Assembly: GCA_002189035.1 (NCBI GenBank)
Contig: NEEC01000004.1
Location: 4,526,001-4,590,000, forward strand
Length of the DNA: 64,000 bases
From: Utricularia gibba
Lineage: Eukaryota; Plantae; Magnoliophyta
Reading direction: 5' to 3'
The position numbers and the translations under genes were made by a program. Of the stretch, positions 49,953 to 61,799 are shown in pieces; within the stretch, counting starts at the first letter, position 1, and each line of letters begins with the position of its first letter. The notes under the pieces were generated by a model. It was not told the origin of the DNA and ran no database searches. It saw only the letters and a program-made list of their open reading frames with translations.

Positions 49953-51681
49953 AGAATTGAATATTATACTTTTTTCCCATATTATTATTTATTACCAATT
50001 TTATTATTATTTACTACTAAAAGAAAACCAGTCTTGAAGGAAGTCAGCTCATTTGATCAAGTTTCCATGTAGCTTCCATCTCGGACGGAGCTTCAGCCGG
50101 AGGCCGGCTCTGCAGCGCCGGAAACGGTGCTCGGTAATGCTCAGTGCAGCTATCCTCATCAAACGTAAACACCCAGAGGTCCTAATGCTTTGAAACCGGG
50201 TACCCAATTCATATGCAGAGTTGGTGTCAGCATCTCCGGATGAGAGCAAGCAAAGAAGAGATTCCTACTGGTTTCTTCTGACTCGTCTGTTTCAAAGTTT
50301 TTTCAGCATGATCCATCCGCTGAATCTGTTCCAGATGCAAGCAGAAGCATCATGAATAACCTAATCACAATGTTAAAAACGGTGCAGAGGAAGGGGTATC
50401 ATCAATGTGTCCGATTTTCGACAAATTCGAACACAGAAAGCGCCATTCGAAACTGGCCGGCCCCAAAGCATGGAAAGAAGATAATGAATCACGGGCTGAG
50501 AAGATGATCTTTCTCTCAAGATGGCGAAAGGAAAACTTCATTGGACCTTCTGATTGGAATCCATACTTCAACTCATCAGAATCGTCACCCGCCGGCGTAA
50601 GTTTAACCTCTGGGGGGTATCATCTCCATCTGAAGCCCCGACCCAAGAATCCAGAAACGCAGTTTCTTGGCCGCCACTCCCCCCTATCTCTTCCACCGCG
50701 GCGATTCTTGCAATTTCTTTTAATTGCAGATAGACCCCTAAAGTTTGCGGTATTGTCCATTTTGTCACCTCACGCTCTTCTACTTCTAGTCACGTTTTTT
50801 GTTTTTAATTTTAAACACGCTTTCCAAGAAGAAACGCGTTTAAAGTGAATGCATCATCCTTAGGGACAAAACCGACATTTCCTTTCACGTTGACGCCTTT
50901 CCCCGCACCGTCTTCTTTTTTCCGCATAACCCGCGTCCCCTTCGGAAAAATGTCAATGCACCGAAAAAGAGAAAACAAAAAAAAACCGCTACATTGTTTT
51001 TATAAAAATTATTAAAAAATCGGCAAAAAAAGTTGTATGGGCCTGAGCCATGTGGGCCGAGATCTTCCAGGACACCCAAATAATAATAAAAGAAAAGTAA
51101 TCTTTTCTTTTCATTTTTTAAATCCAATCCTAAAAAGGTTACCAAATATGGTATAAAAACGTTTTAACAGTACAAAATATGAAACATTTGTTCATTGAAT
51201 TATGTAATCAATCTTTTCATTGTAAAGTATTAATATACTTAATTATAATATAATTTAATATCTATATAATCAAATATATAATATTTAACATTCAATAATA
51301 GAAATTTAAATATGTGAATGTTATAGATATAATAACTATTTTATTTATGTATATCACATGCATGCTTAAAAAATAAGTATGTGATAAATATAATCTTTCA
51401 AGATTTACATACTCAATACATATATTAATTAATCAAACAATAATTTAAATATAAATTTAGATATAAATCTTCTATAATAAACACTAAACATCTTCTAATA
51501 AAAGTTAGAAATCCTTCTAAAGTGAAAGAAGATTTGGAGTGGTTTTTATTGAGGAGAAATGGTGGTGTATGTGCGCCATGGCAATCCACAAAGTTGCAGA
51601 CTCCACTCAAAACGATTACTTGTTGGGAATCGTTGGGCAAAGCCAAAGTAGTAGAAGCAGTCGTCGTCGTCGTCTTCGTGG

Positions 51682-53439
51682 TCACATTATGCTGCAGCTC
51701 TGAGTGTTCTCGTCGCTGAAGAGGGTGTACCCGTCGACCGGGTCGCCGCCGCTTCTGGGCTGCTCGTAGTACGGGTACGGTTGAGGAGGGTATTGCGGCG
51801 GCATGTAGCTGACGGCGGGGGGCGGCCGGGCGTACACCATCGGTTGAAATCGTTCGTTGCCGCTGGCGCGTTGCGAGTTCATCATCATTGCTGCGTATTG
51901 CTGTTGCTGATTGTACGGTACTCCCGCCATTTGATTGGGTCCGGCGGGTGAGAAGTAGGCTCCGGCGGCGGCGGCGGCGGCCGGGAAAGATTGGGGGTTG
52001 GGATTGCTGGGCATCTGGAGCATGTGAGGATGGGCCATGGGGATATTGCCGGTGGGTCCCGTACCACCGGCAGGAGCATTCATGGGCATCATCATGTTTG
52101 GCATGCCATGATGTCCGTCGTTCGGCATCATCATCATCCCCTTCTTGGACCCGTTGCCCATAAGACTGCTCACATTGGGAGGCCCACGACCGGCGCCGCC
52201 GTGCCCACCGGCGTTCTTGTTCTCGCCCACACCACTGTTTTTCCCGTCCTGCGGTGGCGCCCCACCGCCGTTTTTCCCACCTTTACCACCGCCACCTTTG
52301 TTGGTTCCACCAATGTTATTATTATTGTTGTTCCCGCCCCCACCGCCTTTCTTCCCGCCGACAGCACCGCCTCCGGCATTGAACTGTACCGGAGGATTCC
52401 CTCCGACAGCCGACTTCGCGTTCACACCATTTTTCATCATCCCCTGTTGCGGCTGCGCATTCAAAATGCTCTTCATCATCATATTCGCCATCTGCTGCTG
52501 AGGATTTCCGATCACTGGTTTCATCTTATTAACTGGGGCAGCTCCAGTTTCACCATCAAACTCATACTCGTCGTCGTCGTCATCATAATCGTCGAATTCG
52601 TCATCAGTTTCGAACTCATCGTCGCTGAGACCTTCCTCTGGCAAATTCGACTTCACCGACTTCTGATCCTTGCCGTTTGCAGCCACTTTCATCTGATCTT
52701 TCAGATCCTGTAATGCCTTCATCTGCTGAAGTTTCTGAATCTGTGGATTCTGTGCCTGAGGAGCAACTCCACCTTTCGGCTGAGAGTTCGCCGCCGCTCC
52801 TCCTTTCGGAGGTTGCTGATTCTTATTATTCCCACCTTTACCATTTCCAATTTGCAGATTCTTCAGCTGGTTTTGGTTATTCACAATGCTGGGCAGCTGG
52901 ATCTTCGGCGCAGCTCCCCAAATTTCAGCAAACTTCCCTTCCTTGTTGAGCTTCTTGATCAGTGTAGCAGGCTCGACATTGCCTGAAACCGTGACCTTTC
53001 CAAGCTCTGAATCTATGGCGGTGGTGTACACACCTAAATGAAAAAACACGCAGGAAAAAGCAAAAGATGGAGAAAGTAACTCAGACCACATCTCACGAAA
53101 CTTCCATCAAAAACAAATTTTGTGAGTAAAGATTTTGCCTTTTTGACCGAGGCCGAGTTCCCTTCTTTGCTTTTTAACAAACCAACAAGAATGATAACCA
53201 AAGGTAAATAATTTATAACCACTGATTACCCTCAATCTTGTGCAACACTTTCTTCACTTTTGCCTTACACCCTTCACAGTGTATATTGACTTTAAGAACA
53301 CAAGTCTGCAGTCACAAGCAACCCCAGGAGCAAGGTAAAAGCTTTACTCAAAGAAAAAAAGAAAAACAACTGCGGCTAGAGGCATGCTCTGCGTCAGAGA
53401 GAAGCTCACCTGAGTCTTCAGGAACTCTTCTTTACTCAT
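51682..53439 (-). CDS. Heavy-metal-associated isoprenylated plant protein (Gly/Asn/Gln/Pro-rich HIPP clade)
   Basis: Exons 53439-53410 ([10 protein letters not shown]), 53305-53230 ([22 protein letters not shown] CxxC) and 53033-51682 ([18 protein letters not shown]...[12 protein letters not shown], CaaX prenylation box). Confidence 0.95.
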
Positions 53440-56254
53440 TTTCAACACAGTGTAAACACTTCTCAGATCGAACCCAAGTAATAAGAATTCCAATGGGATA
53501 GATAGATCTGAAGAAAGAAAAAAGAAAAAGATAGTCAGCTTCCCAGAAAACGAAAACTCACAAGGGAGAAAAGAAAAAAGACTCTGAGGCGGTTGTTGAG
53601 CAACATTAAACCTCCTCTACCTCTCTACTCAGTCTCTGCTTTCCTCTATTTCAGAGATGGGAGCCGAGAAAACTGCAGTATTTGTTGTGTAAGAGAAAAG
53701 AGAGAGGAAGAGAGAGAGGGGAAAGTTACACTAAAGCGACCAAATTGCAGACTGGCATTCAGAAGAAGAAATGAAGGGAGGGTGGGCATGGAGAAGTTTT
53801 CCACACTACTCTCACTTCAATTGGCTCGAGGCTGAGGTGCTTCTGCTTCTCTTTCTTTCGTTTTAGTGAAAAAAGCACAGAATTATTAAAAGCTCGCAAA
53901 TGTTTATAGATTTTAGCGTTCCCCGGCCTTCCTCCATGACCAAAAACCTCTGTAATCTCTTTCCCAAAACTGTCCTCCTCGGGGCCCGGTCTGCCATAAC
54001 CAAACCATGGTTAGTCAAAACACCAATGCCGCGTCTCCTTTGACCAGCACATGCCCCTCTTGCTTGTGTCATACCCCTGTCCCAATAAACACCTCATTTG
54101 GTTAAATGTAACATATCATCATCACTTATCTCTCGCATTTACAGCCAGACCTGATTCACATCACATGTGAAACATGAAGCATTCATCTGTCCTGTATTTT
54201 GATCACACCCATTGTTTCGGTTTTCAGTATGTTTTAGTTGCACATTCCTTCATGGTGGGAGGATGAGGGAAGGCAGCCCGGGGGCAGAACCATGAAGTGG
54301 AGCAAGAACGCCTCATTCTGAACCCTGACTCGTTTGTAGCACACCAGTGCGAAGCAGTTGCATTCAAAAAAAGGTCTAATAATATTGAATTCACCCTCTA
54401 TGAATAAGCAACAGCAGCAGCAGTATGATTAAGGAGCCTGCCCCCTGGTGTGCATTGCAAGCATGGCCTGAGGGGGGTTAAAGGATTGGTACCTGATGTC
54501 AAAGGGTTTAACTTTGCTTCACCTTTACTTAAAAACACAGGCCCCCTCTCCGGTCAAAGTAGACCAGCAGCTTCAATTTTTGTTTTCCCTTTGGTGACAT
54601 ACAAGATTTCTGGTGATTAGAATGAGCAAAGATAAATGTAGCTGCAAGTAAGCAATGAAAGAGGACCTAAGGAATGCAGAGATGAGGTTATGGTATGGAG
54701 CAGCAGGGTCGGAGACGAGATCACTGGCTGAGTTTCTGCAGACTGCAGCAAATGTTTCGAGGGGCTGGGGACTCAAGAGACAAACAAAATAAATGCAAAT
54801 GTGAATGCCTCAGAGGAGGGAATCTGCAACGGACAAACAATTATTGCCACTGTCAAGCAGCATGGGAAGGTGGACCCTTTTTTTAGAGGGTATGCTATAG
54901 GGTCACTGACATATTTGCCCTCAACTTCACTAGCAAGATTTCTTCCAACATATCCAATCAAAGAAAGCTTTTGGATCTTTTCAACAAAAACAAAAGCACA
55001 TGAAAGAAAAAGGCTAGTTCCAAGCCAAGAATACACTCGTATCAGCAAAGTCCAGTCCCATCCTTCACATATGCAAATATCTATGTGCTGTGTTTGTGGA
55101 CCGGACCTGTCAAAAGGGTTGAAAATGGAACTTACTTGTTAGTTGTCCATGGCCAATGAGGGTGGGGTTGGGCTGGTTGCTTTTCTTCATGTGCCTATCA
55201 GAAAAGTTGCAGAAGTAAAAATTGGAGGAGGTAGTTGCACAGGTGTAATGGCAAACCAAGCCAAATACTACTGAAATGGTCCCCTACATAAAGAGAGAAC
55301 TGGATAACAAGCAATATTCCTCCCATTAATCTCAGAGAAACCAGCTCCTTTTTAGGCTTCTTGGGTGGACTGAATCTTTTAAAAACAAGCTTGGCACTTT
55401 TAAAATAACCCTGTGAATCTACTTTTTTCTTGCCATGCTTTCAACAATCCTGAACAGAAAATAACACTTAATGCTTCTGAATCCCTATTTCCTTCTCAGA
55501 TTCAGGAGTAACAGACCAAACGCAGAAATGCGCTTTTGGCAAAGATAATAAGATCATCTTTTTACAAAATAATGTTACTCTGCAGAATCCTACTCGTGGT
55601 TAACATAAATTTTAAATGGGGTATGCAGCCGCTACTTCCGGTGCATAAATAAATGTCGACCTGTATCAGGCAACAAAGGAGAACAAATCTACCAAGTACA
55701 TAAAAGTCTAGCATCAGACTGTAAAAAAGAAAATCTTGAATATAAGATTGAGAATATATCAAAAGCAAACAAAATGTATGACCCACTGGCTTAACAGAAG
55801 CCGGAAACCTAAAGGAGTCAGTGAGAACAGAGATTGGATACCAATCTTGATTCCAGGAGATATTTCAAAGGTTTTCCCAACATATTGTGATTGCAGGCAT
55901 TCAAAATTCTGAGTGATGGTTCAAGGCAGCTAGTCATCATCATTTTTATAAACAAGTGATGATTTAACAGACAATCTACCTTTGCACATTATATTAAACC
56001 ATGTAATATGCGTTACATTGTTTACATGAAGATATGATTCGTACACCTACAGCTTACAAAATGGATCTGTTCCGGTGCACCAACAGCATATAATGAGATG
56101 TGAATGGATAACAGAGAGTATAGTCACGAATAATGCTGTTAAAATTCAGATGGCATATTCTCTCGTGAAATGCATCTCCCATGCACATGTATATATTTGC
56201 TGCCATCACGTGCAAATGAGAGAAAGGAGAAGGGAATTCACAGAGAAAAATGAA

Positions 56255-58372
56255 CTAGTTATCATGACCATCTTGAACAGGATCAATTCTGATTATAAGT
56301 GGATCGAGGAGATCAATAGAAGGTTCAGTTTCGGTGGCCAACGGAGGAGAGAAGACATCATCCCCATGTATATCCTCGTTTTCAGCCAAGGCTTTCTCTA
56401 GAGCAGCCTTTGCAACCCTCACAACACATATGATTAACAGCGCTGCAGTGGAGAAAGGAGTCTGGATTCAGTTAAGGATGATTTCAGGCGATGAACAGGT
56501 ATAAAGAAGACCCACTCACACTGATTCTCCAAGTTTATGCAGTAAGGAAACCAAAAAACAAAGGAGTCATAAAGAATTACCAGATACTACAAGCCCCAAC
56601 AGAATAAATGCCTGCATCAGTGTCAAGATTAGAATTTGTGTGAACCAAGATGAAATTTGGAATTCGATCATTGCTTTTGTTGTCTTAAAACTACAAAAGC
56701 TCTTTACCACACGGGTTTTTGAGAAATCATTCCATCCATGAGTAACATCAGATAGGTCCTTCAGAGTTGTCCCGGCATAGACTAAGGCCAAAGTGATGGG
56801 CTGCAAAAACATAAAAAAAAAAAATCTGGTTGGTAAAGACAAATTTGAGTAGAAATAAGACAAACGGAAGTGCATACCATCATGCCCAACCATGAGGCGA
56901 GCAAGTAGTGATAGAAAGGAACTGGGGTTACAGACAATAGGTAGTTCAACATGCTGAAAGGAAGCAGAGGGACGAGTCGGAGCAACAATACAATCTGCAT
57001 AGATAAAAATTTTAGATCAAAATCCAACAAGGGAATTCAGGGAAGTAATTTCTAAACCCAGAAACTAGAATCAATAGCAAGGGGCGACCTTGAAGCCAGA
57101 TTTCTGAGTTGCTAGAGCAACTGCACGGAACTTTGGGTAGTCTTTTAACTTTGACATTACAAATGACCTCCCTATCTGCTCAATGTTTTCAGTAGAGAGT
57201 AAAATAAGATAACAAATAAAACCTCTTTAAGAAATATTCCATCAATTCTTCACGAAAGGACTCCTCATAAAGAGGCACACCTACGCTTACAGCTTATACG
57301 AGATGGTAAGCTATAACTTACTGTTCGGCCAAGTAGAAAAGCAGCTCCTGCACCAATTGTGGCACCTACAGAATCAGCTAGGAAACCTATAGGCAAACCA
57401 AAGAGGTAGCCTCCCCCAGCTGCAAAATGAAGAAAAGAACATAAGTCTTCATCTAAAAAAATGGTCTCATCCTCTAGGAAATAAAAGAATTGCTTTTTTT
57501 CTTATACCAAAATATTTGTTATGATCCACAATTAGCAACATGAACTGAACTTAAAAAGTAGAGTTGATAAACTATAAAAAACTGCTGCCAGGCTCACAGT
57601 CAAAATTGACGCTGGAACAGCCAGAATCGTTAATGGGATGTATGCAACAGCTCTGCAGGGTCAAGAAACGAGAAGTCACTCAACACAACATCCAGAGTAT
57701 TCAAATCAAAAACTATTCACAAAGAATTAAGAAAAAAAAAAACCATTGAGACCAACACATACAGCATTATAGGCCCCACGGACCAAGATCATTCTCTATC
57801 CATACCAAGAAATCCTTCAATATCTACAAATAACAAAAATAAAACAACATCAGATAAAAGCATTGATTTAGAAATTCTAGGACCAAGTGACATGCATATT
57901 AACACTCTTTCAATGATTCAACTTCTTCAGGCATAAAGTATGAGTTCAAAAATAAATATGCCAACTCCAAAAGGGACAAAAAAAACCAGCAGACGAATCT
58001 ACCGAACATCAAGTTACAACCATAACCAACAAGCATCTACCGACAACGAACGCAACAAAACTAGTTAGAGGCTCTTATAGGAATCGAAGAAAAAGTTCAA
58101 GAAACTTCAAAGAATAGTCCAGATCAGGGCATTCAGTATAGTCTTGGATATTGAAAAAAGAGCAGCAAGCATCGAACTTATGGAAACAGAGCAGCTCCAG
58201 AAGACAATCAAACTCAACAACAAGAAACACGGGGGAAACAAAAGGAGTCAAAAGGAAAACCTCAAGGTACCTTATCAACAGGGAGAGTGAAGCAAGCAAT
58301 CGCAACTGAGCCAATAATCAGTACCAACAATGAAATTTTCAACGCAGAACTCCAACTGAATTTAAACGCCAT
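56255..58372 (-). CDS. TVP38/TMEM64 SNARE-associated Golgi (DedA-type) membrane protein; two frameshifts
   Basis: MAFKFSWSSALKISLL, AYIPLTILAVPASILT, GYLFGLPIGF, LLRLVPLLPFSMLNYLLSVTP, PITLALVYAGTTLKDLSDVTHGW. A G is missing at 57774-57777 and at 57413-57417. Confidence 0.92.
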
Positions 58373-58953
58373 GAAAATAGAATGAGGAGCAAAAAACAAA
58401 ATCTTGTTCCGCCAAGGCCTCCGCTCCACTTCCTCAGGTTCCTCCTCCAAAGTTTGCTTCAAAGAAGAGCGAGGCCTAAAGTTTATCCCCCAAGATTTGC
58501 CAGATTGGATTAACCTAACAAGACGATATTGCACCGCCTCACCCAAAAAAAGAAGTCCTTTTTTAGAATCAAAAACCGTTGCCGTTCACCGAATTCAGCC
58601 TATCCACCGGAAGGATCGATGCGATCTCCACAAAAGCTCCTGGGTTTCTTCTATATATCCTCCAATTGGCATCCAATTGCGAAAATCCAACACGCAGCTT
58701 CCTTCACAACCTTCGTACCCCTTCTCGTTCCCTCCCTGTTCCAGATCACTATGCAGATATGCCGCGTTGCTACAGAAGTTGATACGATCTCCCTTTTGCT
58801 TTTACCCCACCGTTACGCCATTTTTACATCTACCAAATTGCTACCTCCATTTATAGCAGCAGCATGCACCGACAGGATTTCTTGTCGGAATAGAATGAAT
58901 AAAAATATATTACACAATTTTAGGCCTTCTTTTCCGCAGAAAGGGAAGGAATT

Positions 58954-60650
58954 CTACATGATACACAAGGCGTTGAAGAGAACATGAGCAAGCATGAGAT
59001 CAACGAAGTACTGATGCCCGATTTCCCCATCCCTCCACTTCATCTTCAATGGGGCGCGACCGTAGTGAACCCCATCGTTGCACCTGTTGTCGAAGTGCCA
59101 AGGGAAGGTGAGGTCGAAGTCATCAACAACCTTCCCCAAAGCTCCATGCTTCCTAAACTTTTCCAGCACCACTGCATTGAACGCCTCCATCTTCTGAGGA
59201 TTAAACGCTAACCTCCGAGCATATCCCCCTGTTGCTACCGTCGTTCGGTACAGGACTTCCGGTGGGGTTCCTCCTCTCTGTCGTATCTCCTCTAGTACCT
59301 CTCCCCAAAAAGAGGCTGCGTACTCCGCTCCCCTAATGAACCTTCTGATGTTAGGCCAAAAGACTCCATCATGGAGGCCTGAGTTCATGATGATCGTGTC
59401 TGGGACTACTTCACCGGAAAAGTAGCTCTTCAATAGAGTTTTGTATTCTGGGTTGATCAGTGAGTTCAGGCCCTGATAGTTTCCTGTTGCATTCGGATGG
59501 CCGTTGAAGATGCTCGTGAATCTTACTACTTGTGAATGGTCATCGGGATTGGTGATATTCATTTCAAATATTCTAGGAACGGTAGCCATCTCATGTACAC
59601 CCAAGATGAAGTGAAGCAGGTTGCGTATTGTATCACAATGATTAGAGTCACCCACCAAAAAATCCATCGGTTTTTCAAGCAATCCCAAGCTTCATCCTTT
59701 GAAAACATCTTGAATGAACAATGAGCGGAATACACCCATCCATTGCTCTCTATAGATCCTAATGGACCCTCACACCATGGTTTTTCGCAAGGAAAATCTG
59801 GTTCTTGGCATCTGTATCTCCCATCATCACTAATCGGACAAGTATCATTTCTCGCATGACGAGTCCACCGTCCAGACCAAGCATCTCTGGAGTAATCAGA
59901 ACTTCTACATTGGCTTATCTCAGGCAGCTGAGATGAAGATGCATAAAACCTGATCGGAATCACAGTAACAACTTTGTCAACAGAAAATCTTTCAGGGGAA
60001 AACTTGAGTCCTTCATAATGTCTGAACAACAGAGTAATAGTCAAGTTGTAATCTCCAGAAAAATCAGGATGAACTTGAAGGGAAAATGTATAAGAGCCAT
60101 TTCCCCAATCTTGTATTGGAGGCCTAGATTTCCATCTTTCCCCTACAAGATTAGTTTCAAAGTAGTCTCCTCCCACACAATGAAGGTTTCCGGATTCATC
60201 CAATGCTTGGAAAACAAACTCATGAATATCACTAGTAGACAACAATATGCTGCTGCCATTGTTTTCTAAACCAGGAAATCTAATTCCTACTGTAGTTGAA
60301 TCTTTACAGGGCTCGCCCCCAGGAGTCAGCCATCTGTCCATAAGATTCGAAGAGTAGTTCGTTCCGTAGTCAACCGAGATCCAATGTTTCACACCGGTAT
60401 CATTGGTTGTAGCTGGACCAAATCGTGTAAGATCCAAGGGGCTAAGAGAGCTCCACTCACCATATGATCTTGTCCAAAATTCTGAATCAATAAGCTTAAA
60501 GGTAGCAAATTCTTTCGAGAAACTGCTTCTAATAAAGCAGCCAACAACCACAGCAACAAATGAACCAAAAATCAAAACTTTGAACCACAAATTAACCATT
60601 GGGTTTGTCCTAAGAACCCATGGCATTTTCCCAACCTTTTTCTCTGACAT
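58954..60650 (-). CDS. Type II membrane protein with an Ig/filamin-like domain and an SGNH/PC-esterase-like domain (NXPE/TBL-like); one frameshift
   Basis: N-terminal hydrophobic anchor, then GGDYFETNLVGERWKSRPPIQDWGNGSY, WIFWW(G)DSNH, MNSGLHDG, NDGVHY. The two ORF-track pieces join if one G is added at 59651-59653. Confidence 0.85.
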
Positions 60651-61595
60651 TGCACAATATAACAACCCAGAGGACGCATCAACGAACAAACCCACCAAAT
60701 CCTGAAACGGAAAACGAAATCACTCCATAAATTCTAAAAACCCATCAGCAAGTTCTCCTGGGAGTAACATTTTCTCGTACCTGAAAGAGGCTGTGCAGCG
60801 CTCACGATCCCTTCAGAAGACGGTGGCGACCTTTGCACTCCTAATCCAACACAATATGCACCCTGTTCGCCATGATTCGCAGAAACGAGGAAATAACAGC
60901 AATGGCGCCCAACAAAAACAAGGCCAACAAAACCACACTATTCGGAGATATCAAATCTGCTGGAAGACAGCTAAATTTGGGGGGCCTTTTTTCTCATTCA
61001 TTCATGATTGTGATGCAGTACCGCACTCTCCAAGCTCGGGTGTCATATCACGAGAACGTAGAGAAACACCACAGCACTTTTGGATCTGGAAAGCCGATCT
61101 ACCACATCCAGCCTATGCAATCTTCTAGTGAGTTAATTAATGAATGATATTTATTTACCTAAAGTATACCTAAAATTTTAGTTAGTCGTACGAAATATAT
61201 TCAAATATTTATATTTATTATAAATGTATTATTTTCATACAAAATGTAATCTTAACAATTTTATTCGAAAATTTATTATTCACACCCATGTGAAAATATG
61301 ATTATAAGGAGTGAGTAAATTTAGCATTAATGTAAAATCATTTATAATTTATTTCAAGTATATGTAATATAAGTAATATTGTATCAATCCCTATATTTGA
61401 CACATGACCAAATTTTACGAGGGATATAGCTTGCGAGTTTACATAAACTTTAGAACAAATACCTTCTTCAAAATATGTACATATAAAGAAAATACCAAAA
61501 TATTTCGTAAGTGTTGACATTTGGTATTACTACAAACCCAAACATGTATCAATGATGGGATGAGGGGATATTTAATAAGAATGGTTAATATCTAA

Positions 61596-61799
61596 GAATG
61601 TGTTTGATAGAGAAGATAAATGAAATAGTTAAATGAAAAAAGAAAAATATCATATTTGATAGATATAATAAATTATATCATAAATATAGAATAAAATAAT
61701 GATATTAAAAATATTGGAATAAAATTATATTGTTATATACATCTTATTTATATATCATCTTTTATATTTAATATAATTTATCCATATATCAACACATTC
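61596..61799. mobile_element. Tourist-like MITE, 204 bp, with TAA target-site duplication
   Basis: The left TIR gaatgtgtttgatagagaagataaat matches the reverse complement of the right end (gaatgtgttgatatatggataaat). TAA flanks both sides (61593-61595, 61800-61802), which is the established PIF/Harbinger-Tourist TSD. Confidence 0.8.

Noticed and set aside
51991-52713. 240-aa and 118-aa + strand ORFs
   Set aside because: They are antisense shadows of the low-complexity HIPP exon.
54695-54886. 63-aa Cys-containing ORF as a secreted signalling peptide (EPFL/RALF-like)
   Set aside because: No signal peptide and no family Cys spacing.
58954-60650. Cytochrome P450 label that I recall being attached to homologues
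   Set aside because: No FxxGxRxCxG, ExxR or PERF motifs; the motifs present are SGNH-type.
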